Shown: positions 42,509-59,208 of the stretch, in pieces | How positions within the stretch are numbered: the stretch's first letter is position 1 | Layout of the letters: each line of letters opens with the position of its first letter | Source: the human T2T-CHM13v2.0 reference genome, Homo sapiens | Strand: one strand, 5' to 3' | DNA: 64,000 nt | Assembly: GCF_009914755.1 (NCBI RefSeq) | Contig: NC_060928.1 | Made by a program: the position numbers and the translations under genes | The notes under the pieces: model-generated | Seen by the model: only the letters and a program-made list of their open reading frames with translations | Told to the model about the DNA's origin: nothing | Database searches by the model: none

Positions 42509-43844
42509 GTAAGGATAAAATTATGCCATGAAATCATTTCCCCCAACCACTTCATAGTGTCAAGAGAGAGACACCTTTGTGTATGTGACAAGTTTTGATG
42601 GAATTGGCATTTGCTTGTTTTTCTCTCACAGATGAAAACAAACTGAGCACAACACAATTTTTGGGAAACGTGCTTTTTAGAAAACATTCAGAACGTTTAG
42701 GTCGAATACCACTTAAGGAAAAAAGTAATGCCTTATTAAATTTTTTGAGGACTTTGCACTGAGTTTAAGGATTCAACTCTGCTTTGATGGTCACCATTGA
42801 ATTTGGAGACCTTGCTGGATGGAGCACAGACCTTCCTATTGTTTCTCATTCAATGTATCTTAATGAAAGGCCCGAGGACTGTGGGGCATCACTGATCATC
42901 TGCCTTACATAAAAAGGCTTGGAGAAGCCCATGCTCATGATTAAATCACCCACCATTCCCCATTACATTAGAGAGCTTCACATGGAGCATGTCAGGCAGG
43001 CTACTTGTTTATTGGATGTCTGGCTCAGGGAAACGATGCCTGCAGTTAGGAATCTGTCCCTCCCAGCAGTGAGTGGCAGGAGAAGGAATATTTAAGATTT
43101 TACCCCATAACCCTGCCTTGTCAATTAATTATGGGTTTAAGAATAGTGGGCAATGGTAAATTTCAACGTGCCAGGCTGTGTAAAGGATTGAGGTTAGCTG
43201 TCCATTTACCCCAATGTGCCCCTCATTGATGCCTTCTGGATGGGTGGACCAGTCAACCAGAAGACCATTTCCATTGAGCTAAGAGCAGTAAATTCCACAG
43301 AAGACCAATAGGTCCATTCCATCCTACAACCTTGAAAATCTTACCTTCCGTGCTTTTCCTCTGGTCCCACAATTGCTCTATCAGTTTGTTAATCACCACT
43401 AGTCCCCTCACCTAGAATGCTAGACTAGTATACCGCATGCGGTTCTTAGATGCAGAAGCAAAGGAACCATGCTTGTATGGTGCTGCCTGTGGCCTTTAAA
43501 AAATGGTTTAAGTCATTTATACTCATTTTCTGAGCCTAAAGCCAAGACCCTCTGCAAATACTTAGCTGAAACCTTCAGGGAGGCTTCTTGAGGCCTTAGA
43601 ACTCTTTTCTGCCTTTCATGAAGAATAAGGATAAAATTTGCATTAATCCAGCACTATCTTGGCCTTAAAGATGTCCTTAATATATCTTTTTCATACTTCT
43701 ACATCCATTATTTCTATATCATTATATTTGAAGTGAGTTTCTTGTAGACAACATATAGTTGGTGTTTGGTATTTAAACTGCTCTGCCATTCTCTTATGTT
43801 TGAATTGGTATATTTAGATCACTTCCATTTAACGTAATTATTGA

Positions 43845-44372
<528 letters not shown>

Positions 44373-44632
44373 TAGTGTCATTATTTTGCTAGCTTTTGTG
44401 ATGTTTAAAAATGTTACCTCTCTTTCATCCCTTAAGCTGATGTTTATAATTGTCTTAAATACTTCTGCATACATTTAGAGCCACATTATAGTTTTTGCAT
44501 CACCATCAAATATAATTTAGAAAACTCAAGGAGAAGAAAATGTTATTGTATATTTTTGCTATGTTTTTCTTTCATCTTCATATATTCCAAGGTTATATCT
44601 CTTTTATTATTTTCTGTTTAGAGAATTTCCTT

Positions 44633-44929
44633 GTTTTTTGTTTTTGAGGCAGAGTCTCACTCTGTCACCCAGGCTGGGGTGCAGTGGTGTGATCTCAGCT
44701 CATGCAACCTCCACCTCCTGGATTCAAGCAATCCTCCCACCTAAGCCTCCCAATTAGTTAGGACCACAGGTGTGTGCCACACCACACTTGGCTAAGTTTT
44801 ATATTTTTAGTAGAGACAGGGTTTCCTCATGTTGGCCAGACTGGTCTCAAATTCCTGGCCTCAAGTGATCCACCTGCTTCAGCCTCCCAAAAGTGCTGGG
44901 AATACAGGCATGAACCACCATGCCTTTTC
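44633..44929 (-). mobile_element. Alu (J/S-type)
   Basis: Reverse Alu; TSD gagaatttcctt / gggaatttcctt. Confidence 0.92.
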
Positions 44930-45441
44930 GGGAATTTCCTTTACCCATTTTTGGATAGGTCTGCAGGTGACACATTTTTTTCACTTTCCCTTTATCTGAG
45001 AATGTCTTGATTTCTCCTTCATTGTTGAAGGATATTTTCTCTAGATGTAGGATTGTAAGGTTACAATTCTATATGCATTTCTTTTAGCGCCTAAAAAGTA
45101 TTGTGTTCACTTCCTTCTGGCCTCCATGGCTTCTGATGAAAACTAATTGTTCTAATTGCTTTTCCTCTGTAGGTAAAGTGTCACTTATCTCTGGATGCTT
45201 TCAAAAAGTTGTTTGGTCTTTTGGTCGAGTAGTGATCAGAAGTTTAATTATGACATGTCTCTGTGTGGATTTCTTTGAGTTGATCTTGTTTGGGATTTTT
45301 CTCAGCTTGTTGAAAATATAGATGTATGTTTCTTGCCAAATTTGGAGTTTTCAGCTATTATTTCTTTGTGTACTTTTCCTGCCTTGCCCTCTCTCTTCTC
45401 TTTTCAAGACTGCGATAACACAAATGCTAGATTTGTGATAG

Positions 45442-45530
45442 AATTGTCCCTGGGTACTGTAGGAGACTGGTTTTAGGACTCTTATCAGATACCAAGGTCT
45501 GCTAATGCTCAAGTCCCTTGTATAAAATGT
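45442..45530. mobile_element. MER2 (Tigger) fragment
   Basis: gataccaaggtctgctaatgctcaagtcccttgtataaaatg. Confidence 0.6.
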
Positions 45531-47055
45531 GAAACTTGGACATTTATTAATTTTGCTTATGATTGCTTTGGCTATTCAGGCTCTTTTTTAGTTCCGTATG
45601 AGTTTTAGGATTGTTTTCTCTAATTCTGTGAAAAATGATGTTGGTGTTTTGATAGAAATTACATTGAATCTATAGATTGCTTTGGGCAGTATGGTCATTT
45701 TCATGATATTGATTATTCCAATCCATGAGTATGGGATGTGTTTCCATTTGTTTGTTTAAGGTTATTCTAATTTTTTTGCTGCTTTGTAAGAGAAATTGAG
45801 TTCTTAATTTGATTCTCAACTTGGTCATTGTTGGTGTATAGCAGTACTACTGATTTGTGTACATTGATTTTGTAACTTTTGTACATTGATTTTGTAGACT
45901 TTACTGAATTCGTTTATCAAATCTAGGAGTCTTTTGGAGGAGTCTCTAGGGCTTTCTAGGTACACAGTCACATCATTGTTGAACAGCAATAATCTGACTT
46001 CCTCTTTTCTAATTCAGACGCCCTTTATTTCTTTCTCTTACCTGGTTGCCCTGGCTGGGACTTCTTGGACAATGTCTTCTGTTATCTGCCAGTACACTGA
46101 TTTTTTTCCTCTGCCCTTTACATTTTCCTGTTGATCTAATCTATGAGTTTTACAGTTTCCATTTGGTATGTGTGTATTTTTTTCATTTGTTCCAATCATG
46201 TTCATAATTGGTCACTGAATAATTTTTATCATGAATGTTGTAATATCTTTCTCAGATTTCTCAGAATTCTCAGATTGTTGTTGCACAGTTTGAAATCTTT
46301 TGTTATACAGTTTGAGATCTTTCCCAGTTTTTTGTATGATGAGTGATTTTGTATTGAAACTTGGACATTTTGATATTATATTATGAGACTCCAAATCGTG
46401 TTTAAGCCTTCTGTTTTAACTTGCTTTCTCTGGCTCTGTTCTGTCAGGGGAAGGATGAGTGCTGCTTCATTACTTCCAAGCGGAGGTACAAGTCCAGGTT
46501 TCCCACTTCGTCAGGGTAGAGCTCCTTGATACTGCTGGGCGGGATTGGGGGTCACCAGTTCCCCATGTTGTCTCTACCAACACAGCAGCAGGGGTTGCCT
46601 TCCTGACCAATTGGTGTTGGTGAAAGTCCTGACCCTCCAGGGCCCCCTGTGACATCACCTCAGCGTGGAAGAGGAGGAGCCTCTTGTTACTGCTGGGTGT
46701 AGGTTTAAGTCCATACTCCCTACATAGTTTCCACAGACACTATGGCAGGGATCAGGGCCTTGTTACTGGTCTACAGTGATGGAAGTCCTCAATCACCACT
46801 TGACACTATACTTCAGTGTGGATCGGGCTGCCTCGTCACAGACTTTTAATTATTACACTTTAAATTCTAGGGTACATGTGCACAATGTGCAGGTTTGTTA
46901 CATATGTATACATGTGCCATGTTGGTGTGCTGCACCCCTTAACTCATCATTTACATTAGGTAGATCTCCTAATGCTATCCCTCCCCGCTCCCCCCACCCC
47001 ACGACAGGCCCTGGTGTGTGACATTCCCTACCCTGTGTCCAAGTGATCTCATTGT

Positions 47056-50869
<3,814 letters not shown>

Positions 50870-50932
50870 TATGAAGTTAGCTGGTTGTTTTGCTCATTAG
50901 CTGATGCAGTTTCTTCCTGGCATTGATGGTCT

Positions 50933-51958
50933 TTACAATTCAGCATGTTTTTGCAGTGGCTGGTACAGGTTGTTCCTTTCCATGTTTAGTGCTTCCTTCA
51001 GGAGCTCTTTTAGGGCAGGCCTGGTGGTGACAAAATCTCTCAGCATTTGCTTGTCTGTAAAGGATTTTATTTCTCCTTCACTTATGAAGCTTAGTTTGGC
51101 TGGATATGAAATTCTGAGTTGAAAATTCTTCTCTTTAAGAATGTTGACTATTGGCCCCCACTCTCTTCTAGCTTGTAGAGTTTCTGCCAAGAGATCCGCT
51201 GTTAGTCTGATGGGCTTCCCTTTGTGGGTAATCTGACCTTTCTCTCTGGCTGCCCTTAACATTTTTTCCTTCATTTCAACTTTAGTGAATCTGACAATTA
51301 TGTGTCTTGGAGTTGCTCTTCTCGTGGAGTATCTTTGTGGCATTCTCTGTATTTCCTGAATTTGAATGTTGGCCTGCCCTGCTAGGTTGGGGAAGTTCTC
51401 CTGGATAATATCCTGCAGAGTGTTTTCCAACTTGTTTCCATTCTCCCCGTTACTTTCAGGTACACCAGTCAGACGTAGATTTGGTCTTTTCACATAGTCC
51501 CATATTTCTTGGAGGCTTTGTTCATTTGTTTTTACTCTTTTTTATCTAAACTTCTCTTCTCGCTTCATTTCATTCATTTGATCTTCAATCACTGATACCC
51601 TTTCTTCCAGTTGATCAAATCGGCGACTGAAGCTTGTGAATGCATCACGTAGTTCTCGTGCCATGGTTTTCAGCTCCATCAGGTCATTTAAGGATTTCTC
51701 TACACTGTTTATTTCAGTTAACCATTCATCTCGTCTTTTTTCAAGGTTTTTAGTTTCTTTGCAATGGGTTTGAACATCCTCCTTTAGCTCAGAGAAGTTT
51801 ATTACCACCAATCATCTGAAGCCTTCTTCTCTCAACTCGTCAAAGTCATTCTCCATCCAGCTTTGTTCCGTTGCTGGCGAGGAGCTGCATTTCTTTGGAG
51901 GAGAAGAGGAGCTCTGATTTTTAGAATTTTCAGCTTTTCTACTCTGGTTTCTCCCTAT
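50933..51958 (-). pseudogene. L1 ORF1, start codon mutated (ATG>ATA) and interrupted
   Basis: KTTK-I-GRNQSRK where the consensus has M; split into ORFs 51812.., 51542.. and 50933.. Confidence 0.93.
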
Positions 51959-52529
51959 CTTTGTGGTTTTATCTACCTTTGTTCTTTGATGATGGTGACA
52001 TACAGGTGCGGTTTTGGTGTGTATGTCCTTTCTGTTTGTTAGTTTTCCAACAGTCAGGACCCTCAGCTGCAGGTCTGTTGGAGTTTGCCGGAGGTCCACT
52101 CCAGCCCCTGTTTGCCTGGGTATCACCAGCGGAGGCTGCAGAGCAGCAAATATTGCAGAACAGCAAATGTTGCTGCCTGATCCTTCCTCTGGAGGGTTCG
52201 TCTCAGTGGGGCACCCGGCTGTATGAGGTGTCAGTTGGCCCCTACTGTGAGATGTCTCCCAGTTAGGCTACTCAGGAGTCAGGGACCCACTTGAGAAGGC
52301 AGTCTGTCCATTCTCAGATCTCAAACTCTGTGCTGGGAGAACCACTACTCTCTTCAAAGCTGTCAGACAGGGACATTTTAAGTCTGCAGAAGTTTGTGCT
52401 GCCTTTTGTTCAACTAGGCCTGCCCCCAGAGGTGGAGTCTAGAGAGGCAGGCAGGCCTCCTTGTGCTGTGGTGGGCTCCACCCAGTTTGAGCTTCTCAGC
52501 CACTTTGTTTACCTACTCAAGCTTCAGCA

Positions 52530-52787
52530 ATGGCGGACACCCCTCCCCCAGCCTCGCTTCCACCTCGCAGTTCGATCTCAGACTGCTGTGCTAGCAGTGA
52601 GCGAGGCTCCGTGGGCATGGGACCCTCCGAGCCACGCATGGGATATAATTTCCTGGTGTGCCATTTGCTAAGACCGTTGGAAAAGCACAGTATTATGGTG
52701 GGAGTGTCCCGATTTTCCAGGTACCATCTGTCACAGCTTCCCTTTGCTAGGAAAGGGAATTCCCCAACCCCTTGCACTTCCCTGTGA
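52530..52787 (+). CDS. L1 ORF0 (antisense ORF of the L1 5' UTR), open, 85 aa
   Basis: MADTPPPASLPPRSSISDCCASSERGSVGMGPSEP matches primate L1 ORF0 (MAGAPPPASLPPCSLISDCCAS...); Kozak context gcaATGG; expression unknown. Confidence 0.7.
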   Translation: MADTPPPASLPPRSSISDCCASSERGSVGMGPSEPRMGYNFLVCHLLRPLEKHSIMVGVSRFSRYHLSQLPFARKGNSPTPCTSL

Positions 52788-53327
52788 GGCAGTGCCCCAC
52801 CCTGCTCCATGGGCTGCACCGACAGTCAGACAAGCCCCAGTGAGATGAACCCGGTACCTCAGTTGGAAATGCAGAAATCACCCATCTTCTGCATCACTCA
52901 CTCTGGGAGGGGTAGACTGGAGCTGTTCCTATTCGGCCATCTTGGAACCTATGATCATCACAGCCTTTTTAAAGTCCAAGCCTTGGCCCCCTCACCTCTT
53001 GGACATTGCTGGCATGTCCGTTGGGGTGGGGTGGGAGCACATTTTTTTCTGTAGTATTTGGCAAGAATAGAGAGGTTAATATCTAAAAGTGTTCTGTATT
53101 GCTGGGCTGCCCCTTTCTTTGTCTTCTGGCTAAACATCGGAGGCTGTTGGGGTTTTTATGTCTGTACCCATTGGCATTTCCACTTGCTGGCTTCTTTAGC
53201 TCCAAATCTGGGATTATATGAGACAAAAGGGGGAATGCAGGAACTCACCATTTTATGGTTCCTGGGATCCTGAGTCCCCAGGCTCATCTGCTTCCTCTTC
53301 TCTCCCTTTTATAGTCTGTCTGTGTGA

Positions 53328-53351
53328 GTGTGTGTGTGTGTGTGTGTGTGT
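53328..53351. repeat. (GT)n microsatellite
   Basis: About 12 GT units. Confidence 0.9.
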
Positions 53352-55619
53352 TTTAATATAATGTCCAGGATTTTTTATTGAACTTAGCAGGAGGAATAGG
53401 AAAGGTATGTCTACTCTATCTTCCTGGATGTAGAAGTCCTCTATGCTTTTCGAGGCCCTCAGCATCCTCATCATACCTGCACCCTGCCTACCACACTCTA
53501 ATAATTAAATAGATTTATCAATGGGCTACTCTTAACACTTTCATTGTTGTTGCTGTTCTGTCTACTGGGTCATTTCAGACTTACTAAAATCCTACACCAG
53601 GAAAACAAACATTTGGAGTAATTATTATTCCCTTTACCAGTATTTTTTTTTTTTGTCTCTGTTACCACCCAAGTCTAAGAAGCCACATAATATCCAGAAG
53701 AACTAAGGGATTGCTTAAGGGCATGCTTTGGCATGACGAAGAACTGGTATTGAAAGCATACTGTTTGTGAGAAACTGTGCTTCCCCTTCTAAAGCATACA
53801 GTTATTTCTCCAGGCCAGAAATGGAAGGAAGATTACCTGAGAGCCTTATGTTATGTGGAAGTGTTCTCTACCTGATTTTTTGACACTTGTTATCTACTCC
53901 TCGATTTACATCTCCCTATCTTTTACCACTTCCTCACATTTCCAGCCCACCAATCCCCTCTAACTTGACCTCTGGTTAAGAGATTTGGATACAGAAAGCA
54001 AGGATGCTCTATAGAACAGGTGCTTGATTCCTGGTAATCCCTACGATCAGCTCCATTGGCTGGTATATTATAGGTCCTCAATAAGCACAGGAATTAAATG
54101 TAGTAACAATACTAATAAGCAATTAAATTAAATTCTGTTACTACATTAAATTAAATGTAGTAACAGAATACTAATGTGCAATGATCCTGATACCTTAATC
54201 TATTCCATCAAGTAGGGGTACTGATAGAAGGAGGCTATCTAGAACCAGCTTTCTAGAGCATTGTAGAATACATTCAGATTATTTATGAACATGGATAGCA
54301 AGGATGAGAGGATCCATGAAGTAGTAAACCCAATTATGTTATTTTAAGTTTATCTTTAAAGCATTAAAATTAAAACTAATAATTAAAATAATTACCCAAT
54401 AAATAAAAGTTAAACACATATAAGAACTTTTATATTTTAATTCTCTATGTTTTTAACTGCTCATAGAAACACACTTGTTTGAATTCTGAAACTGCTGTGA
54501 CATTTTGCTTCAAAAGACAACGAGAGATGCATAGAGTTAAGAATTGACCAGAAATTTTAATCTTTAGAAATAAATGTAAATTACTTTTATTCTTTACAGG
54601 ACAAAAATGCACTTTCCAGAATAAACTTTGTACCCATAGAATATTTGTTTCCTGAGACAGGCTTCAAAATGATAACATGAGTCTAATAATAACTTACATC
54701 AAATGTGTAACTTGATGAGTCATAAGATTTTACATATTGACATATGAAAGAAGATATAAAAGTAGAAATTTATAAATTATTATCTTTTTAATTCAATGGT
54801 TTTGCAATGAAAAATGTAATTAAACTTTTGGTTTCAAAATGCATTTTTTCTAATGTACTTTGCCTTTCTAAATGCAAACTTTTGCCAAATAATTTCAATA
54901 TTGTTATTCAATAGAATAACAATAATAATTAACAGAAGTGTAATATAATTTGGATTGTAGGAAATGTTTGAAGCTGATGTATAAAATAATATTGTGCTTC
55001 CTAAGGAAATGAATGATTTAAAAAGTAGAAAAAAATTAAATGATAATGTATAGCTTTTACTATGAGGTTTTTATAATTTGTGGCCTGTATACAAAAACAT
55101 GTTACCATGCCTATATAATTGTCTGGAGGATTTTTTTTCCCAGTAAAAGTGGTGCTTTTTCAGTCATTCCAATATCTTGGTTACTTTTGTTTGTTCATTC
55201 ATGTATTCCTATTTTTATTCAACAAAGCAGTTAAGAACCTACTGTTGTTAATGTCACCCTATTTCTAACACTAGTATGTGCCATACACAAAGGTTTTATG
55301 AATAAAAGACAAAGAAAATAGTACCTATGCCTACAATTTTATATAAATTAGAAAATAAAAGCTGCTGTTTATATGTAAAGGAGATCTTTTAATGGTAATG
55401 ATTTAATGGACTTAAATTTAGCAAAATATATACAAATTATTCCCTCTGAACATATTTTATTGTCTGTAGAGGATGCCATTATTGACATGAAATCGTGCCT
55501 AATTATTCTGGTCAAGAAATACTGCATAAAGTTATTTGCTTTTAAATTTGTGTGGAATGAAACTTAAAAGAACCACAAAGAAAATCTTAGAGGCTAAAGT
55601 TGGAGGCATTAGAAAGTTA

Positions 55620-55817
55620 TTAATAGCATCGTTTTTTTATTCTTGACAGTTTCATTATCACACTACCTCATTTTTGTTGCCAATAATTTTCAGAAGTGAC
55701 AGAAGTTTATATGATGAAAGTAAATGAGACACATATTTGTAATAAGGAACAACTGAGAAATTATTAATTGTAGGTTAATATAGCCAAATTCGCTTTTAAG
55801 AATGTGTGTTAAGTAGG
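55620..55817 (+). repeat. Left arm of a ~200-bp inverted repeat
   Basis: Reverse complement of 57817-58013, ~90% identical. Confidence 0.95.
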
Positions 55818-57187
55818 GTTAATGTCTTGTTTATAAGCAGTTTATTTCATCTCTTTTCATGTGATGTTATAACTGTTTAAAATAGTATTTATAGTGTAAA
55901 CTCTTTTGTACTTTCATGTATATATTTGATATGATAATAAGGTGTAACAGAAAATTTTCTTTGTGTAAAATCTGTGATGAATGGGGCAAGGAGACTAGCC
56001 AACTACTTAATGAACCATGACCTATTTAAGAAGCCCTGAGTACTTCTCATTAGGGAAACTAATCTTATTCTTTATTCAGTATGTCATTATCATTAAAAAT
56101 TACTTCTGTAATAGAGGTTCCGTCCACCCCACATGTGCACCTCTACTTATTCTTGAATACAAGAATCTTCAAATATATCTCCGAGAGACGTTTTAAAGAC
56201 TTAAATGGCTAGAAACTTAATATAACCAATTTGCAGCTTTTTTGGAATGCTTTGTAATGTTATGGCTTCAACACTGAAAAAATTATTCTCTTACTGACAT
56301 GTTTACTATAAGTAATCTCTGTGAATAAACATAATATTCTATATCTATAGTTTGAATAAACTGGATCAAATCCTAATATTATTTAAATTGCTGGCAGAAT
56401 TTATATGGTTATATAAATAAAATAGATTAGAAAATTGGAAATATTTATTTGTGGCCTAGGTTATAATATTATATAAATTTGGCCATTTGTTTAGTTATTT
56501 ACAGATACTAAAACCACACCTAAAATGATATAAAAATATGATTTATAGCAAATGCATTTCTACAGTATATTCTAAATATACTTGGTTTTAAGCCATTAAG
56601 TCTATAGGCAGAATCTAGAGTACTCCTTTGTTATGATAAGTAGCTTCAAAAGCATAATGAGTACATCTAAAGCCTTTATAATGGGGAATTCTAAAGGGAG
56701 AAAGAGCAACTATGATACACATAGAATCCTTGATTTTAAAGATTTCTCTGAAAGTCTTAGGGCAATGCAAAGATTTGATATGTACAGTCTGTTCTCCACT
56801 TCTATTCCAATCAAGATAGTGAGTTACTCTTTACAAAAGTTCACTGATACATGTGGAGACTCACACATTCCTCAAACTGCACTGGAAAACTGAAGATTAA
56901 ATGTGGTCTTCTCTCTGATGTTCTGTCTGTAACAATAATAGGGCAGATGTGAGTGTGCAAGTCTGTGTGTGTGTGCACATGCATGCATGCCTGTGCAAGT
57001 ACTGTTGGAGGTGAGGTGGTGGACAAATTGATGAAAGTAGTCTTTTAAAAATTCAACTTAGATAAATGGGGCAAAAATTAGATGTATATTTGTATATGTT
57101 TCTGTGTGTGTGTGCATTTCCTGAAGTCATATTTAAAGAGTTTAGATTTTAGTTGCTACTTTTTCTCTCTCTCACTCTTTCGACTTG

Positions 57188-57602
57188 TGTATAGTCCGTT
57201 TTGTGCTGCTATAAAGGAAATACGTGAGGCTGTATAATTTATAAGAAAATGGGTTTATTTGGCTTATGGTTTTGCAAGCTGTACTAGAAGCATGGCATCA
57301 GAATCTGCTTCCAATGAGGGCCTCAGGAAGGTTACAGTTATGGTGGAAGGTGCAGGAAAGCTGGCATGTCAGATGGCAAGAGTGGGAGTGAGAGGGAGGG
57401 CAGGTGCTAGGCTCTTTTTAACAGTCAATTTTCACTTGAACTAACAGAGGGACAACTCATTCATTACCCCAGGGAGGACACCAAGCCAGTCATGAGGGAT
57501 CTGGCCCCGTGACCCAAACACCTCCCACTAGGCCCCACCTCCAACACCGGGAGTCACATTTCAACATGAAATTTGGAGGAGACAAATATCCAAACCACAT
57601 CA
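57188..57602 (-). mobile_element. MST (MaLR) solo LTR
   Basis: tgtatagtccgttttgtgctgctataaaggaaatac ... atatccaaaccacatca. Confidence 0.88.
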
Positions 57603-57816
57603 ACCAGTTCCTATTTTTTTTTTTTTGTCAGACATTTTGCTAGATACAGAGTATAAATTGATAGGGACTAAAGCCTGTCCGTACTTCTTGATGCCATGCA
57701 GATGTAGGCACTGCTCTTTCACACTCAGTTGAGCTCTCACAATTGGTAAATTGTAACTGCACATTAAAAAAGTGGAGTGAGGGGGTGCAGACAAGAAGCC
57801 ACTTTTTTCACATTGG

Positions 57817-58013
57817 CCTACTTCTTGACACACATTCTTAGAAGCGAATTTGGCTATATTAACCTACAATTAATAATTTCTCAATTGTTCCTTATGAATA
57901 TGTGTCTCATTTACTTTCATCATATAAACTTCTGTCACTTCTGAAAATTACTGGTAACAAAAATGAGGTAGTATGATAATGAAACTGTCTAGAAAAAAAA
58001 ATCATGCTATTAA
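57817..58013 (-). repeat. Right arm of a ~200-bp inverted repeat
   Basis: Reverse complement of 55620-55817. Confidence 0.95.
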
Positions 58014-58937
58014 ATACTACCTCAAAGTCCTATTGAACAAGGATGGGACTATGTTTCCATTTGGGCTATTTTATAATGAACAATTGCTAAATAAGTCAAC
58101 ATGTTGGTGATTTACATCTTTTTTTTCAAATATCAAATGTATAGAAAGGTGAACTTCTAGTTCCTCAATCCCTATTCCTCATCAACATTTTTTGGGTATT
58201 TTTCTGCAAACATATTTACATAAATATCTTTTTAAAAGTTTCTTACCCACTGGCATTTTACAAATATATATATGGCATAAAGTATATAATAACAAAGCCA
58301 ACATTTGTATGCTAGCTTAAGAAATATAACATCAATATATGCTCATAATTAGAGAAGAAATGGTAATAATTTAAATGTATAATCACAGAAGGATGTATAA
58401 ATACATTTAACTTGCTTTGTCAGTCACTTTATCTTGGGCATTTTTGCTATCCACCTTTGAACACTGCTATCTGGCTCTTGTCTAGGAAATATATATATAA
58501 ATATATGTGTATTCAGGTAAAGGATAGTCTCCTGGTACCTAAAGTACTGTTGAGGAAAGATTTGTTTTATTTATTGTGTGAGGTATAGTGTTTTTAACCC
58601 AGCTATAATTTAGTAAATGTAAATAGAATCTATAGAATTAGTCAATGTATTAATTATATTAATAAAGCAGTTACTAGAGTAACTGTGATATACTAATAAT
58701 ATACAATTAAATGGTTTCCATGTTCAATAAAAATTGAGTAAATGTCAATAGTGAAGATTCTGAAGGTGAATAGCAAAACTCAATGGTAAGAACAGTGAGA
58801 AAATGAAGCAATCTAGCCAAGAGCTAACCTTTTTGTGGACTTTTGTAATATGTAAGTGCTATTCTCAATCATTGGTATTAGCCTACTCCTCTAATCTAAG
58901 AGCATTTTGATTACTAGAGAGAGTTCAGCATAAAATA

Positions 58938-59208
58938 TAATTGTCCTTTTGTATCTGTGGGGAATTGGTTCCAGTATCCCCTGCAGATATCAAAATCTAT
59001 GCATACTCAAGTCCCTGCAGTCTGCCCTGTGGAACCTGTGGATACAAAAAGTTGACCCTCTATATCCATGGATTTTGTGAACACTGTATTTTTGATCTGC
59101 ATTTGGATGTAAATTCAGAACCTATAGATACAAGGGGCAACTGTATTTATTGAAAAAAAGCCCATGTATAAGTGGACCCTTGCAGTTCAAACCCATGTTG
59201 TAACTGTA
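58938..59208. mobile_element. MER2-family (Tigger) element
   Basis: ttgtccttttgtatctgtggggaattggttccag ... gtataagtggacccttgcagttcaaacccatgttg. Confidence 0.75.

Noticed and set aside
45858-45896. Tandem duplication tgtacattgattttgta
   Set aside because: Simple slippage inside an old L1 fragment.
54580-54680. Strong-looking acceptor (ttacttttattctttacAG|G at 54599) with a short in-phase frame
   Set aside because: No convincing donor; such pseudo-acceptors are common in AT-rich introns.
55620-58013. Reading the inverted repeat as an autonomous DNA transposon
   Set aside because: No transposase ORF in the spacer and no clear TSD; it is kept only as an unexplained inverted repeat.
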